A DNA stretch of 64,000 nucleotides from an uncultured Methanosarcinales archaeon. GTDB taxonomy: Archaea > Nanobdellota > Nanobdellia > Woesearchaeales > ARS49. A program made the translations under genes and the position numbers. Position 1 is the first letter of the stretch, and each line of letters opens with the position of its first letter. This document shows, one piece after another, positions 46,245-55,535 of the stretch. The notes under the pieces were generated by a model, which searched no databases, had not been told where the DNA came from, and saw only the letters and a list, made by a program, of their open reading frames with translations. The DNA is taken from assembly GCA_964572035.1 (NCBI GenBank), contig CAZNDX010000002.1, forward strand, positions 63,007-127,006. The letters are read 5' to 3'.

Positions 46245-46256
46245 CCACCACAGGGG
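46245..46256 (-). promoter_or_regulatory. Promoter motif GGGTTTATAAAG upstream of the L7Ae-S28e-L24e-Ndk operon
   Basis: Same 12-mer, 86 nt upstream of the L7Ae start codon. Confidence 0.45.
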
Positions 46257-46275
46257 GTTTATAAAGGTTATGGTG

Positions 46276-47136
46276 TTATTTTGAAACCAGAATGCCATTA
46301 TGATATAGGCGCAAAGTATTGCCTTCGTCCCTGATAACTGCGTCTTTGATTTTTCCATTCTCAAACGAAATGCGAATTTGCCCCATCGAACAAACGCTTT
46401 TGGAGGCGATAACCCTGCAACTCTTCCTAATTTTAAGATTTTGAGAAAAAACGTTCGCGAAATTCTCCTCAAAATAACCGCCCTCTCCAACCGAACAGGA
46501 ACCCAAAATAACAAAGGCGCCTTCTTTCAAGTAAGAGCAAAGATAATCGAGCTCCCCTCTTCTTACATCGCGAATATCAAGACGAGAATTGTCATATTTA
46601 ACTTGGGCGTCAAAAAGTTTTTTCGCGGCCAAGGGATCTTCAGGATTCGATAAATTCATCTGGCATTGAATCAAGTCGGGCGAATTATAAAACTCTATGT
46701 TATCCTTGTCGCCGTGGCCGCAAATCATCAAAACGGAAATGGCTCCGTATGTTCCAACTTCACGAACCCTGTCCAAAACTTGACTGTCATTCTCAATCTC
46801 AAAAGCGAAAGTTCTGTAATTTTTCACGATTTCTCCATACAGTCTCTTTGCAGACATTGTTGAAAACGCGTTGTTGTGATCGCTTTTTGGAAGCAAAATT
46901 ACGGCGATATCTCCGTTTTCATTTCGCGCGTTTAAAATTTTCTCAAGATCTTTTTTGAAAAAACGATTTGGATTTGCCATATTAAGATTGTCGTAAGCTA
47001 TTTTTGACAAAACATTATCGGGTAAATCCTCAAATTTATTGTTAGAAACAGAGCAGCCCGAGATGGCTACGGCTCCTGAAAACACGGCAAGGGCCATGAT
47101 TTCCTTGGCTCGCTTAATAAGACGTTCTAAACTCAT
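46276..47136 (-). CDS. Lipoprotein with caspase-like (clan CD) His/Cys dyad arrangement
   Basis: Lipobox AISGC. A hydrophobic strand plus His (ISVLMICGHGD) and a hydrophobic strand plus Cys (AFVILGSCSVGEGG), in the order and spacing of legumain/clostripain/caspase-fold peptidases. Confidence 0.4.
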   Translation of the reverse strand: MSLERLIKRAKEIMALAVFSGAVAISGCSVSNNKFEDLPDNVLSKIAYDNLNMANPNRFFKKDLEKILNARNENGDIAVILLPKSDHNNAFSTMSAKRLYGEIVKNYRTFAFEIENDSQVLDRVREVGTYGAISVLMICGHGDKDNIEFYNSPDLIQCQMNLSNPEDPLAAKKLFDAQVKYDNSRLDIRDVRRGELDYLCSYLKEGAFVILGSCSVGEGGYFEENFANVFSQNLKIRKSCRVIASKSVCSMGQIRISFENGKIKDAVIRDEGNTLRLYHNGILVSK

Positions 47137-47214
47137 GAACCTCCTTTCGCTATAGCATACATACGCTGTTTAAGTATAAAAACTCTTATAATCTCAAGAA
47201 TATTCTTTTCAGCG

Positions 47215-48069
47215 ATGGAACCATTCATAATACTGCTGATATGCCTTGGAATACTTCTGATCGCTACATACACAGACTTAAAATGGCTTGAAGTGCCGGA
47301 TTGGCTGTCGTACGCGGGAATTTTACTTGGAATAAGCATCCACATCTACTACTCTATGGAACAAATGGCGTGGTGGCCAATTTTGTCAAGCATAATAGGA
47401 CTCGCCATAACATTCGCGTTCGCATGCTTCATGTACTACACCGGACAATGGGGCGGAGGAGACGCGAAACTACTAATGGCGCTCGGTGCGATAATAGGAT
47501 TTGAAACAAACAAGTTCGCTTTTGGAACAAGCTTCATGATAAACCTTGTATTCTGCGGGGCGGCGTGGGGATTGCTTTACTCAGGCTACAAAGCGACGCG
47601 AAATGGAAAAGAATTCATTGAACAATTTAAAAAAATACGCTCGACAAAACCATACAGCACAATAAGGCTTCTAATCGCGCCAATCGCGATAACCTGCGTA
47701 ATATTGTCGTTCGTATTCTCATTTTTGCAAGTTGAACTTTTGATGCTCGCGTTCTTCCTGTTTTTCTTGTCATACGTCGCGATATTTGTAAAAAGCGTTG
47801 AGCTGTCGTCAATGCACGTCTGGGTCAGCCCGACAAAACTAACTGAAGGAGACTGGCTGGTTAAGCCAATCAAGGTTGGAAACTTTAAGCTAAATCCTCC
47901 GAAACTTGGACTTGAAAAAGAAGATCTCGCGAAAATAATGAAACTTTACAAGCAGAAAAAACTTGACAAAGTATTGGTAAAATACGGAATACCGTTCGTT
48001 CCAGCGTTTTTGATAAGCTTTGTTTTGACGTGGGCGGTCGGCAACATTGTTCTTTTTTTCATCGCATAA
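47215..48069 (+). CDS. Archaeal prepilin/preflagellin peptidase (A24 family, FlaK/PibD-like)
   Basis: First catalytic Asp motif YTDLKWLEVPD and second motif GGGDAKLLMALGAIIGF, with 6+ TM helices and a C-terminal extension. Confidence 0.8.
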   Translation: MEPFIILLICLGILLIATYTDLKWLEVPDWLSYAGILLGISIHIYYSMEQMAWWPILSSIIGLAITFAFACFMYYTGQWGGGDAKLLMALGAIIGFETNKFAFGTSFMINLVFCGAAWGLLYSGYKATRNGKEFIEQFKKIRSTKPYSTIRLLIAPIAITCVILSFVFSFLQVELLMLAFFLFFLSYVAIFVKSVELSSMHVWVSPTKLTEGDWLVKPIKVGNFKLNPPKLGLEKEDLAKIMKLYKQKKLDKVLVKYGIPFVPAFLISFVLTWAVGNIVLFFIA

Positions 48070-48218
48070 ACTTGCGCGTAACGACAAAGGTTTAAAAGCA
48101 AAAGACGCTTTTAACGGGGTATGCTCGAGTCAGAATTCATAGTTATGGTCGGTCTTCTCACAATGTTCGCAGTAGTTGCCATAATCCTGAAAACACTAAG
48201 AACAAGACTATTCAACCT

Positions 48219-48737
48219 TTAAGGGATTCTTTTCAGACTTTTAATTCTATAATCTTCTTTGCCCGCCTTGACTTCAGGAGTTTTGGGAACTTCAATCGGC
48301 TTTTCCTTTTCTCTTTCAAACACGCCAATGTTTTTTGCGTGCTCCTTGATTTTACTTTCAGACTTGGCAAGACTGTCTGGAGTCGCCTGTTTCGGATTCC
48401 AACCAAGCTGCAATTTGTCGCCTTCAAATCTAGGAAGAACGTGAATCATCGCGTGGTTATGGCGCTGGCCAGAAACAACGCCATTTTGAACCAACAAATT
48501 GGAACCTTGCGCGCCAAGAGTTTCAATAACTGCTTTTTGAACTTTTTGAGCAATCTTAAACATATCAGCGACAACAAAATCAGGACACAACTCCAAAATC
48601 GGCGAATGTTTTTTCGGAACAATAACAACATGGCCAGGAACAGCGGGCTCCGGCGAAAGCATAACGAAAGAATGCTCAGTCTCGAGAAGACCGTTCGCCT
48701 TCTTGGCAACCAAGCCGCAGAAAAGACAGTCGCTCAT
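48219..48737 (-). CDS. HIT-like protein with non-canonical histidine motif and Lys-rich tail
   Basis: GHVVIVPKKH then QRHNHAMIHVLPRF (H-x-H-xxx-H instead of H-phi-H-phi-H). C-terminal KE-rich tail. Confidence 0.6.
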   Translation of the reverse strand: MSDCLFCGLVAKKANGLLETEHSFVMLSPEPAVPGHVVIVPKKHSPILELCPDFVVADMFKIAQKVQKAVIETLGAQGSNLLVQNGVVSGQRHNHAMIHVLPRFEGDKLQLGWNPKQATPDSLAKSESKIKEHAKNIGVFEREKEKPIEVPKTPEVKAGKEDYRIKSLKRIP

Positions 48738-49327
48738 TTTCCACCCGTCAAGAATTCAGCGATCTCATCAAGCTTTGATTTGGACGCTTTCTTCTGCTCC
48801 GTCTCTTTTTTTGCTGGAACTTTGACTTCTTTTTTAACTTCCTTGCTCTCCTCATCTTTAGCAATTTTCTTAATTTCCAACTTTGGCCCAATAAACGGCT
48901 CTTTTCCAAACTCCTTGGCGACAACGACAGAAAGCTTGCCGTGAAGATCGTTCAGAACTTTTTCATCCAACTTAACAATTGGCAAATCAAGAACAATTTC
49001 ATCATCTTTAGTTCTGGGCATAACGTGAACCATTCCATGAGGCGCGCGCTGACCAGCCGCAGGACCATTCGCGACAAAAATAGAAGTGCCTTCGCACTTA
49101 AACGCCTGAAGCAAGGCTTGACTCAATTGCTTGCAAACCATGCCAACATGAGCGGAAAGCTCATCATCCATTTGCAAGAGAACTTCAACGTGCTTTTTGG
49201 GAATAACAAGAATATGGCCTTCAGTTCCTGGATTAATGTCGAGAACAGCCGCGACCTTGTCGTCATCGTAAATCTTTTTGGCGGGAATTTTGCCATTCGC
49301 GATATTGCAAAACAAACACTGCTCCAT
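48734..49327 (-). CDS. HIT-like protein with degenerate histidine triad and Lys-rich tail
   Basis: GHILVIPKKH then QRAPHGMVHVMPR (first His of the triad replaced). C-terminal KKEVKVPAKKETEQKK tail. Paralogous to and overlapping the 48219-48737 gene. Confidence 0.6.
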   Translation of the reverse strand: MEQCLFCNIANGKIPAKKIYDDDKVAAVLDINPGTEGHILVIPKKHVEVLLQMDDELSAHVGMVCKQLSQALLQAFKCEGTSIFVANGPAAGQRAPHGMVHVMPRTKDDEIVLDLPIVKLDEKVLNDLHGKLSVVVAKEFGKEPFIGPKLEIKKIAKDEESKEVKKEVKVPAKKETEQKKASKSKLDEIAEFLTGGK

Positions 49328-49440
49328 AAACTGAAGATTTGATTGTGTCTATAAAAAGGTTCACGCGCTTTCCGCTCAAACACCCACCACAAACTATATA
49401 AATGAACAGACACATATAAGGAGTAAAAAGAAGGTGAAAG

Positions 49441-49935
49441 ATGCAACTGTTTAGCTCTTCAAAGGGAATAACTCCACTTGTCGCAACAATTTTATTGGTC
49501 GCTTTCTCAGTAGGCCTTGGAGCTCTAGTAATGAGCTGGGGAGAAGAATATATCGCGGAAAAAGCCGAATTCGTACAAGGAACGGCTGAAGTAAAATCAG
49601 GATGTGACGCCGCGTCAATACAGCTAATCAGAATCAGCGGAACACCGCAAGCGTGCCTAAGCCCAGAAGGAATACAATTGTGGATAGACAACGGACCAAA
49701 CGTAGACTTGTATAATATTCACGCAAGAATAGCAGGACAAAACGGAGTTGACATAGTGGAGGACATACTAGAACAGCCACTACTGAAGGCAAACGCGGTA
49801 AAAGTAACAATACCTATTAATCCGCAACTGGGCGCCATAATGCAAGTGCGCCTAACACCAAAATTCTGGACAGGAAAAGACATCGCGCTTTGCTCGCAAA
49901 ACGCGCTTGAAATAGAACGGCTAAAAATGTGCTAG
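49441..49935 (+). CDS. Archaeal type IV pilin-like protein (class III signal peptide)
   Basis: MQLFSSSKG|ITPLVATILLVAFSVGLG. A short charged leader ends in KG, followed by a conserved hydrophobic N-terminal helix typical of archaeal pilins/archaellins. Confidence 0.75.
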   Translation: MQLFSSSKGITPLVATILLVAFSVGLGALVMSWGEEYIAEKAEFVQGTAEVKSGCDAASIQLIRISGTPQACLSPEGIQLWIDNGPNVDLYNIHARIAGQNGVDIVEDILEQPLLKANAVKVTIPINPQLGAIMQVRLTPKFWTGKDIALCSQNALEIERLKMC

Positions 49936-50550
49936 TCAAAGCAAGCCGTTGAACACCCAAGAGTACAATCTGGATTGAGATTTCTCGCCGAACTGAGTTG
50001 AAAACCAAACAGCTAAACCCTGCCTTGAAAGCTTAGGTTTTGACGCTAAAACAACAGCGTCACGATGCAAATTACAATAATTGACGTCGCAAAAACTTCC
50101 GTTGACGAATTTATTGGTTAAACTAAGCGCGTTCTTTTCACTCTCAGACACCTCAAAAGGCGCGGACAAGCTAACATCCTGATTCAGCGTGGAACTCCTG
50201 AAAACCCTGCTAAATCTCACTCCGACCTTATTCTTCACCAAATGATTATCGGATAAAAATACAGAGGTCGCGTTTTTGACGTCAAAACCAACATCGAAAC
50301 CGTTCATTCTGCACCCTTTAACCGTCACATTGTTTGAATTCTCAATAGAAATTCCTTTTCCGCCCGTAAAACTTTTCAAGACAGTTCCCTTGCACAAAAT
50401 TTCTATATCGCTTCCCCTGACTGTAATTCCGTTTGGGAAGTAGTAAACATCAGAACAAAAAGTCACGCTTTCTCGGACTACCATTCCGTCAGCCGGAACA
50501 ACACAAGCGAAAACAGATGGAACGAGCAAAATAAAAATCAAAAATTTCAT
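49936..50550 (-). CDS. Secreted right-handed parallel beta-helix repeat protein
   Basis: Signal peptide, then PbH1-like repeats (NVTVKGCRMNGFDVGFDVKNATSVFLSDNHLVKNKVGVRF). Confidence 0.6.
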   Translation of the reverse strand: MKFLIFILLVPSVFACVVPADGMVVRESVTFCSDVYYFPNGITVRGSDIEILCKGTVLKSFTGGKGISIENSNNVTVKGCRMNGFDVGFDVKNATSVFLSDNHLVKNKVGVRFSRVFRSSTLNQDVSLSAPFEVSESEKNALSLTNKFVNGSFCDVNYCNLHRDAVVLASKPKLSRQGLAVWFSTQFGEKSQSRLYSWVFNGLL

Positions 50551-51356
50551 CGCCTAAAAAAGCGAAGACCAACAAAGGCGAGAACATAACCCGCAATGTA
50601 TAGAATTATTTGCGCCAAAAATGGCACACTCCTCTTATCAGTCATCACTTGAACCTCTTTTTCAACTATTGGACTCTGAACATTCTGTTCCAAAACAATA
50701 TCCTCTTTTATTTCTTCGTTACTACTATTTTCTTCAACAATATTTTTGGGAGTTAATCTTGAAACATCAACCGGAGACTGGCAGTCGGCGTCAGATTCAA
50801 CACACGAAGGACTGCAGTAAAAGTCACCGCTCTCGCACAAATCAAAATTCCTCACTTCATTGCAGGCGTTAACCTCGCAAAAAGAACGCTCAATATCCTT
50901 ATTTCCAAGTAAAACGGTATTGTACTTGCTCATAATCGCGGAAACAGGAACTTCCAAACTCTTGTCATTATTATCGCGCAAAACATTCTCGTAAGCATAA
51001 AACATTCTCACTCCAACCTTGTTCTTGAAAAAATTGTTTTTCTCAAATAATGAGCTTGTCACGTTTTTCAAATAGAGGCCCTGTCTGAAAGTCAGAACTT
51101 GACAGTTTCTAATTGTCACGTTTTTAACGTTCTCAACAACAATTCCGCTTTCTGAAACGCCAAGAGTTCCCCTCAAAATGGCGGTGTTGCAGTCCAGAAC
51201 AATATCGCTCGCGGAAATATGAATTCCATTAGGAACATCAAAAGTATCGCTGCAAAATTCCATACTCTGATTGACAAACATGAAATCCTTCGGCTTGACG
51301 CACTCAGCTACAGCGAAAGTTGAAAGCAAAACCGCGAACAAGATGACATATTTCAT
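50547..51356 (-). CDS. Secreted beta-helix repeat protein with C-terminal TM anchor
   Basis: Signal peptide, PbH1-like repeats (NVTIRNCQVLTFRQGLYLKNVTSS...NNFFKNKVGVRM), a Cys-rich linker and a C-terminal TM followed by basic residues (RFFRR). Confidence 0.6.
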   Translation of the reverse strand: MKYVILFAVLLSTFAVAECVKPKDFMFVNQSMEFCSDTFDVPNGIHISASDIVLDCNTAILRGTLGVSESGIVVENVKNVTIRNCQVLTFRQGLYLKNVTSSLFEKNNFFKNKVGVRMFYAYENVLRDNNDKSLEVPVSAIMSKYNTVLLGNKDIERSFCEVNACNEVRNFDLCESGDFYCSPSCVESDADCQSPVDVSRLTPKNIVEENSSNEEIKEDIVLEQNVQSPIVEKEVQVMTDKRSVPFLAQIILYIAGYVLAFVGLRFFRR

Positions 51357-51568
51357 AGCTGCTCCCTGAACACCACCAAAACAGCAGGCACAATAACCAA
51401 CAACATTAAACCAAGAACGGCGCTTAATACGTTAAAGCCATTCTCGTAAACATAAATACCGAGAAAAACGTAGGGCAGAGCAAGAAGCGGCTCTAAGTAT
51501 ATTTTTGGAGAGATTCTTCTAACCTCTTTAACCTCTTTTTTCACCATCTTTTTCACAACCCTTTTCAT
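51353..51568 (-). CDS. Small two-TM membrane protein
   Basis: 71 aa, hydrophobic, translationally coupled to the beta-helix genes. Confidence 0.35.
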   Translation of the reverse strand: MKRVVKKMVKKEVKEVRRISPKIYLEPLLALPYVFLGIYVYENGFNVLSAVLGLMLLVIVPAVLVVFREQL

Positions 51569-51588
51569 GTTCTTTCAATTAATAAAAC

Positions 51589-52512
51589 TTACTCAACAAA
51601 CTTCACGTCGTCAACAATGCCGTCCGCGTCGCGGTCCAAACCTTCCACCACTTTCGCGAAAATTTTCGGATTCTTTTTGTTGCCTTTGACAATTTCGTTA
51701 AAATATCGAAGGAAAGCAATCATAACGGCGCGAGTTCCAGAATAACGCTTTCCGGCAATAACAATCACCCATTTTTTCGGATTAAACGGATTCTTCATCT
51801 TGACAATAATGCCCGCGGCGTCCTCGCGGTAAGTCTCCCCTGAAATCTCGCTGTGAATCGCCCAATTCTTTTTTGGATCAAAGAAAATCGGCATATTGAA
51901 ATTCGCCCTGCTCGTCACTGTGTTAACCACAGGACCTCCGATGAGGATAAGATTATTGTCAAGCTCCTCTTTTCTCACTTCGGTGTCAAGACGGACGCTA
52001 AGCTGGGAAACATTTGAAAGAAAAGTCCCCAAAAACAAGCCAAAATCAATTCCATAATAACCGTCTCGCGAGCGGGCCATCTCAGGACCGTGAGGGTCGG
52101 GACTTCCAACAACAATAATTCCATTCAGCTGGCCGTTGTCAATAATTGGCTCCAAAAATTCCCTTGATAACTCATCGCTTTGAGAAAAATCAGGCGACTC
52201 GCTGAAATCCTTCAACGCGAGAACAAAAGCGGGAGAAGTGACGCCATAAACATTAGCGGTGGTTCCCTGAAGCTCAAGACGCTTTGTGACCTCAATAAGC
52301 CTTGCCTTTTCCAATTTCCTAATATGATAATAGACTTTCTGCTCGTGAACCTTCAAAAGTTTTGCCAAGGCTCTTGGATGGCTTGGATTTTTGGCAAGCT
52401 CGTCAAGAATGCGCTTGGCTAAATGGGACGAAGCCGCTTTAAGCTGTTTCTCAGATGCAAGCCTCGCCGGAATGCTGAAAATCTCCTTTCCCTTCTTCTC
52501 GACAACTCTCAT
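51589..52512 (-). CDS. Winged-helix DNA-binding protein with C-terminal domain of unknown function
   Basis: N-terminal wHTH (LAKRILDELAKNPSHPRALAKLLKVHEQKVYYHIRKLEKARLIEV) plus a ~200-aa C-terminal domain. Confidence 0.5.
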   Translation of the reverse strand: MRVVEKKGKEIFSIPARLASEKQLKAASSHLAKRILDELAKNPSHPRALAKLLKVHEQKVYYHIRKLEKARLIEVTKRLELQGTTANVYGVTSPAFVLALKDFSESPDFSQSDELSREFLEPIIDNGQLNGIIVVGSPDPHGPEMARSRDGYYGIDFGLFLGTFLSNVSQLSVRLDTEVRKEELDNNLILIGGPVVNTVTSRANFNMPIFFDPKKNWAIHSEISGETYREDAAGIIVKMKNPFNPKKWVIVIAGKRYSGTRAVMIAFLRYFNEIVKGNKKNPKIFAKVVEGLDRDADGIVDDVKFVE

Positions 52513-52606
52513 TTTAGCTTAACACCATATATTATAAAATAAATTGTAATAGTATTATAAAATCTTTACTATTTGTTTATATATCCCGCGGTCTTTCCAA
52601 TTTTTC

Positions 52607-54319
52607 ATGTGCGGAATCTTAGGATACATCGGAAAAAGAAACGGCGTCCCAATCGTCTATGAAGGACTCCAACACTTATCGTACAGAGGATACGACAGCT
52701 GGGGCATCGCGGCGCATACCCGCAATGGAATTCTTGTTGAAAAACAAGTCGGCGACATATCAAACGCGCAAATAAACTCATTCTCAAGCACGCTCGCAAT
52801 CGGACACACAAGATGGGCGACGCACGGAGGAGTAACGCAAGGAAACGCGCACCCGCACACAAATATGGATGGCACAATCGCGGTAGTCCATAACGGAATA
52901 ATTGAGAACTACCAAGAATTGCGCGACGAACTGCGTGTCAGCGGATATAATTTCAAAAGCGCCACAGACACAGAAGTGGTTCCACACCTGATTGACTATT
53001 ACATAAAGCAAGGAAACGACTTCAAAACAGCGTTCACTTTGGCGACGAAAAGACTGGAGGGCCATTACGCACTCCTGGCGACAAAACAAAACGACTCGCG
53101 AATACTTTTCGCAAGGAACGGAAGTCCGCTGCTTGTAGGAATAGGAAACGGAGAATACTTCATCAGCTCAGACATACCAAGCTTTCTCTCACATACGAAA
53201 CAAGTAGTCCAATTGGAAGACGGAGACATAGGAGAAGTGTCGCACAACCTGACAATCAGCCACGAAAACATTGAAGTCACACGCCAACCGCTAACAATCT
53301 CGTGGGACCTGGACGTAGCCAAAAGGGGAGATTTCGCCCATTTCATGCTGAAAGAAATCTACGACCAAGCGCACACAATAAGGGCCGCGCTAAACCAAGA
53401 CCAAAAAACAATCGAAAAAACAAAAAACATGCTCCGGAACGCCTCAACCATATACTTGGTAGGATGCGGCACCAGTTACAACGCTGGTGCCACATCTACC
53501 TATAAATTCACGGAACATGGAATGAAAGCGCAGGCAGTCCTGGCGTCCGAATTTGACTCCACATTCGTCAATGAAAATACGCCGATTATCGCCATATCGC
53601 AAAGCGGCGAAACAGCGGATCTCTTGGACGCGGTAAAAATCGCCAAACAAAAAAAGGCACCAATAATCTCTCTGGTAAACGTCACCACAAGCACTCTCGC
53701 AAGGATATCCGACATAACAATACCATTAAACAGCGGACCAGAACTCGCCGTCGCAAGCACAAAAGCCTGCACAAGCCAACTAGCGGTTTTGAGCATGCTG
53801 GCGGGAGAAAGCTTGGTGTCAATTGAGCAAGCCGCAAGACATGCGAAACAACTAATTCAAGAATCGCAACCGCAAATGAAAGAACTGGCACATTCACTAC
53901 AAAACACCAAAAATCTCTTTGTTCTTGGGCGTGGGGCTCTCGCGCAGACCGCTCGCGAAGCCGCGCTTAAGATCAAAGAGGTTTCTTATATTCACGCCGA
54001 AGGCATGAACGCAGGAGAACTAAAACACGGAACCATCGCGTTAATTGAGAAAGGAACGCCCGTCATCGCAATTTCTGACGACAAGACAAGGACATTGACG
54101 CTCTCAAACGCCCAAGAAGTCAAGGCGCGAGGCGCGCTCGTAATTGGCGTTGACTCTGAGCCAAACTCGGTTTATGATATTCACATACAAATACCAAAAG
54201 AGGGAACGCAACTTCTTGCGCTGCTTCCGCTGCAAATTCTGGCGTACTATCTCGCGGCGGAAAAAGGACTAAATCCCGACAAGCCAAGAAATCTGGCCAA
54301 AAGCGTGACGGTAAGATGA
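52607..54319 (+). CDS. glmS: Glutamine--fructose-6-phosphate aminotransferase (GlmS)
   Basis: N-terminal MCGILGYIG (Cys2 nucleophile), two SIS domains, and a C-terminal ...KSVTVR. 570 aa. Confidence 0.9.
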   Translation: MCGILGYIGKRNGVPIVYEGLQHLSYRGYDSWGIAAHTRNGILVEKQVGDISNAQINSFSSTLAIGHTRWATHGGVTQGNAHPHTNMDGTIAVVHNGIIENYQELRDELRVSGYNFKSATDTEVVPHLIDYYIKQGNDFKTAFTLATKRLEGHYALLATKQNDSRILFARNGSPLLVGIGNGEYFISSDIPSFLSHTKQVVQLEDGDIGEVSHNLTISHENIEVTRQPLTISWDLDVAKRGDFAHFMLKEIYDQAHTIRAALNQDQKTIEKTKNMLRNASTIYLVGCGTSYNAGATSTYKFTEHGMKAQAVLASEFDSTFVNENTPIIAISQSGETADLLDAVKIAKQKKAPIISLVNVTTSTLARISDITIPLNSGPELAVASTKACTSQLAVLSMLAGESLVSIEQAARHAKQLIQESQPQMKELAHSLQNTKNLFVLGRGALAQTAREAALKIKEVSYIHAEGMNAGELKHGTIALIEKGTPVIAISDDKTRTLTLSNAQEVKARGALVIGVDSEPNSVYDIHIQIPKEGTQLLALLPLQILAYYLAAEKGLNPDKPRNLAKSVTVR

Positions 54320-54738
54320 ACGAAAAAATAAAAATTCAAAGGGTAAGCCATCTTCAATTAGAGGAACGCCTGGAGCTTGAAAAAATCGTTGAAAAAGCAA
54401 TAACTCAACCCCTTCTCCGCGGAGAGGAATTTTTTCCAAACCACAAACTTGAAACGCCGGAAAGAAGAAATATATTTGTAAAACACTATCTTGAACTGGA
54501 AAGACACGCAAATAATTTTTATGATTACTTGGTGAAAGCAGGAGAAAGAATAATAGGCTACGCGGCGATTGACAAAGGATATAATGCTCTCAAAGAGTTA
54601 TTCACTCCGACGGTGCATTTCGCGTTTGTTCATCCCGCGCTGGAGCAATATCGAGATAGAATTGAGGACGTTTTTAGAAAAGAATGCGATAAAATAGACA
54701 CCGCAAATAAATCGGGAAGATACCAGATACCCTTTTAA
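54316..54738 (+). CDS. Hypothetical protein (possible GNAT-like acyltransferase)
   Basis: 140 aa, translationally coupled to glmS. The weak GNAT-like segment VKAGERIIGYAAI is speculative. Confidence 0.3.
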   Translation: MNEKIKIQRVSHLQLEERLELEKIVEKAITQPLLRGEEFFPNHKLETPERRNIFVKHYLELERHANNFYDYLVKAGERIIGYAAIDKGYNALKELFTPTVHFAFVHPALEQYRDRIEDVFRKECDKIDTANKSGRYQIPF

Positions 54739-54761
54739 ATAATAATTCATTCTCAGTTTTT

Positions 54762-55535
54762 ATGCGAATCACTCTCAATATAAAGAAAAGCCTCAACGAA
54801 ACGGCCAACGAGTATTTTGAAAAATCCAAAAAAATGAAGCGCAAAACGGAAAACGCGCGAATAACAATAGACAAATTCAAAAAACAACTCGCTGAACTTG
54901 ACAACAAACAGCTGCTTCTTGAAAGCAAGGAAGACGCGAAGGAAGAGGCCCGCGCTCTTGAATGGTATGAAAAATTCAGATGGTTCATTTCATCAGAAGG
55001 ATTTCTTTGCGTAGGCGGAAGGGACGCGACATCAAACGAAGTGGTCATCAAAAAACACACAGACACAAATGATATAGTATTTCACACAGAATCTCCGGGC
55101 TCGCCGTTTTTTGTGATAAAAACAGAAGGAAAAAAACCAAGCGAAGCTACAATTCACGAAACAGCTGTCGCGACAGCGAGCTACAGCAAAGCGTGGAAAA
55201 TGGGCGTGACAGTAACAGAAGTATTTTGGGTAACACCTGACCAAGTAAGCAAACAAGCCCCATCAGGAGAATATATGCCAAAAGGCGCGTTCATGGTTCG
55301 AGGCAAACGCAATTTCATTCAAGCAACTTTGGGGCTTTCGGTTGGAAAATTAAAAGACGGAAAAGTAATGGCCGGACCAGAAGAAGCAGTCAAAAAACAC
55401 TGCGATGTCGCTGTTAAAATAGAAATAGGAAAAGACAAGCCATCGGACATCGCCAAGAAAATAGCCAAAAAAATCAACGCTCACGTTGATGACGTGATGC
55501 GAGTTCTTCCGGCAGGCGGACTTTCACTTGCGTAG
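54762..55535 (+). CDS. NFACT-R (DUF814) domain protein, short NEMF/Tae2-related form
   Basis: Coiled-coil N-terminus, then the DUF814 signature DIVFHTESPGSPFFVIK...ATASYSKAW. Confidence 0.55.
   Translation: MRITLNIKKSLNETANEYFEKSKKMKRKTENARITIDKFKKQLAELDNKQLLLESKEDAKEEARALEWYEKFRWFISSEGFLCVGGRDATSNEVVIKKHTDTNDIVFHTESPGSPFFVIKTEGKKPSEATIHETAVATASYSKAWKMGVTVTEVFWVTPDQVSKQAPSGEYMPKGAFMVRGKRNFIQATLGLSVGKLKDGKVMAGPEEAVKKHCDVAVKIEIGKDKPSDIAKKIAKKINAHVDDVMRVLPAGGLSLA

Noticed and set aside
48121-48222. 33-aa hydrophobic ORF (MLESEFIVMVGLLTMFAVVAIILKTLRTRLFNL) after the prepilin peptidase gene
   Set aside because: It lacks a class III signal (no K/R-G cleavage site) and lacks conservation evidence. 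It could be a real micro-protein but is too weak to call.
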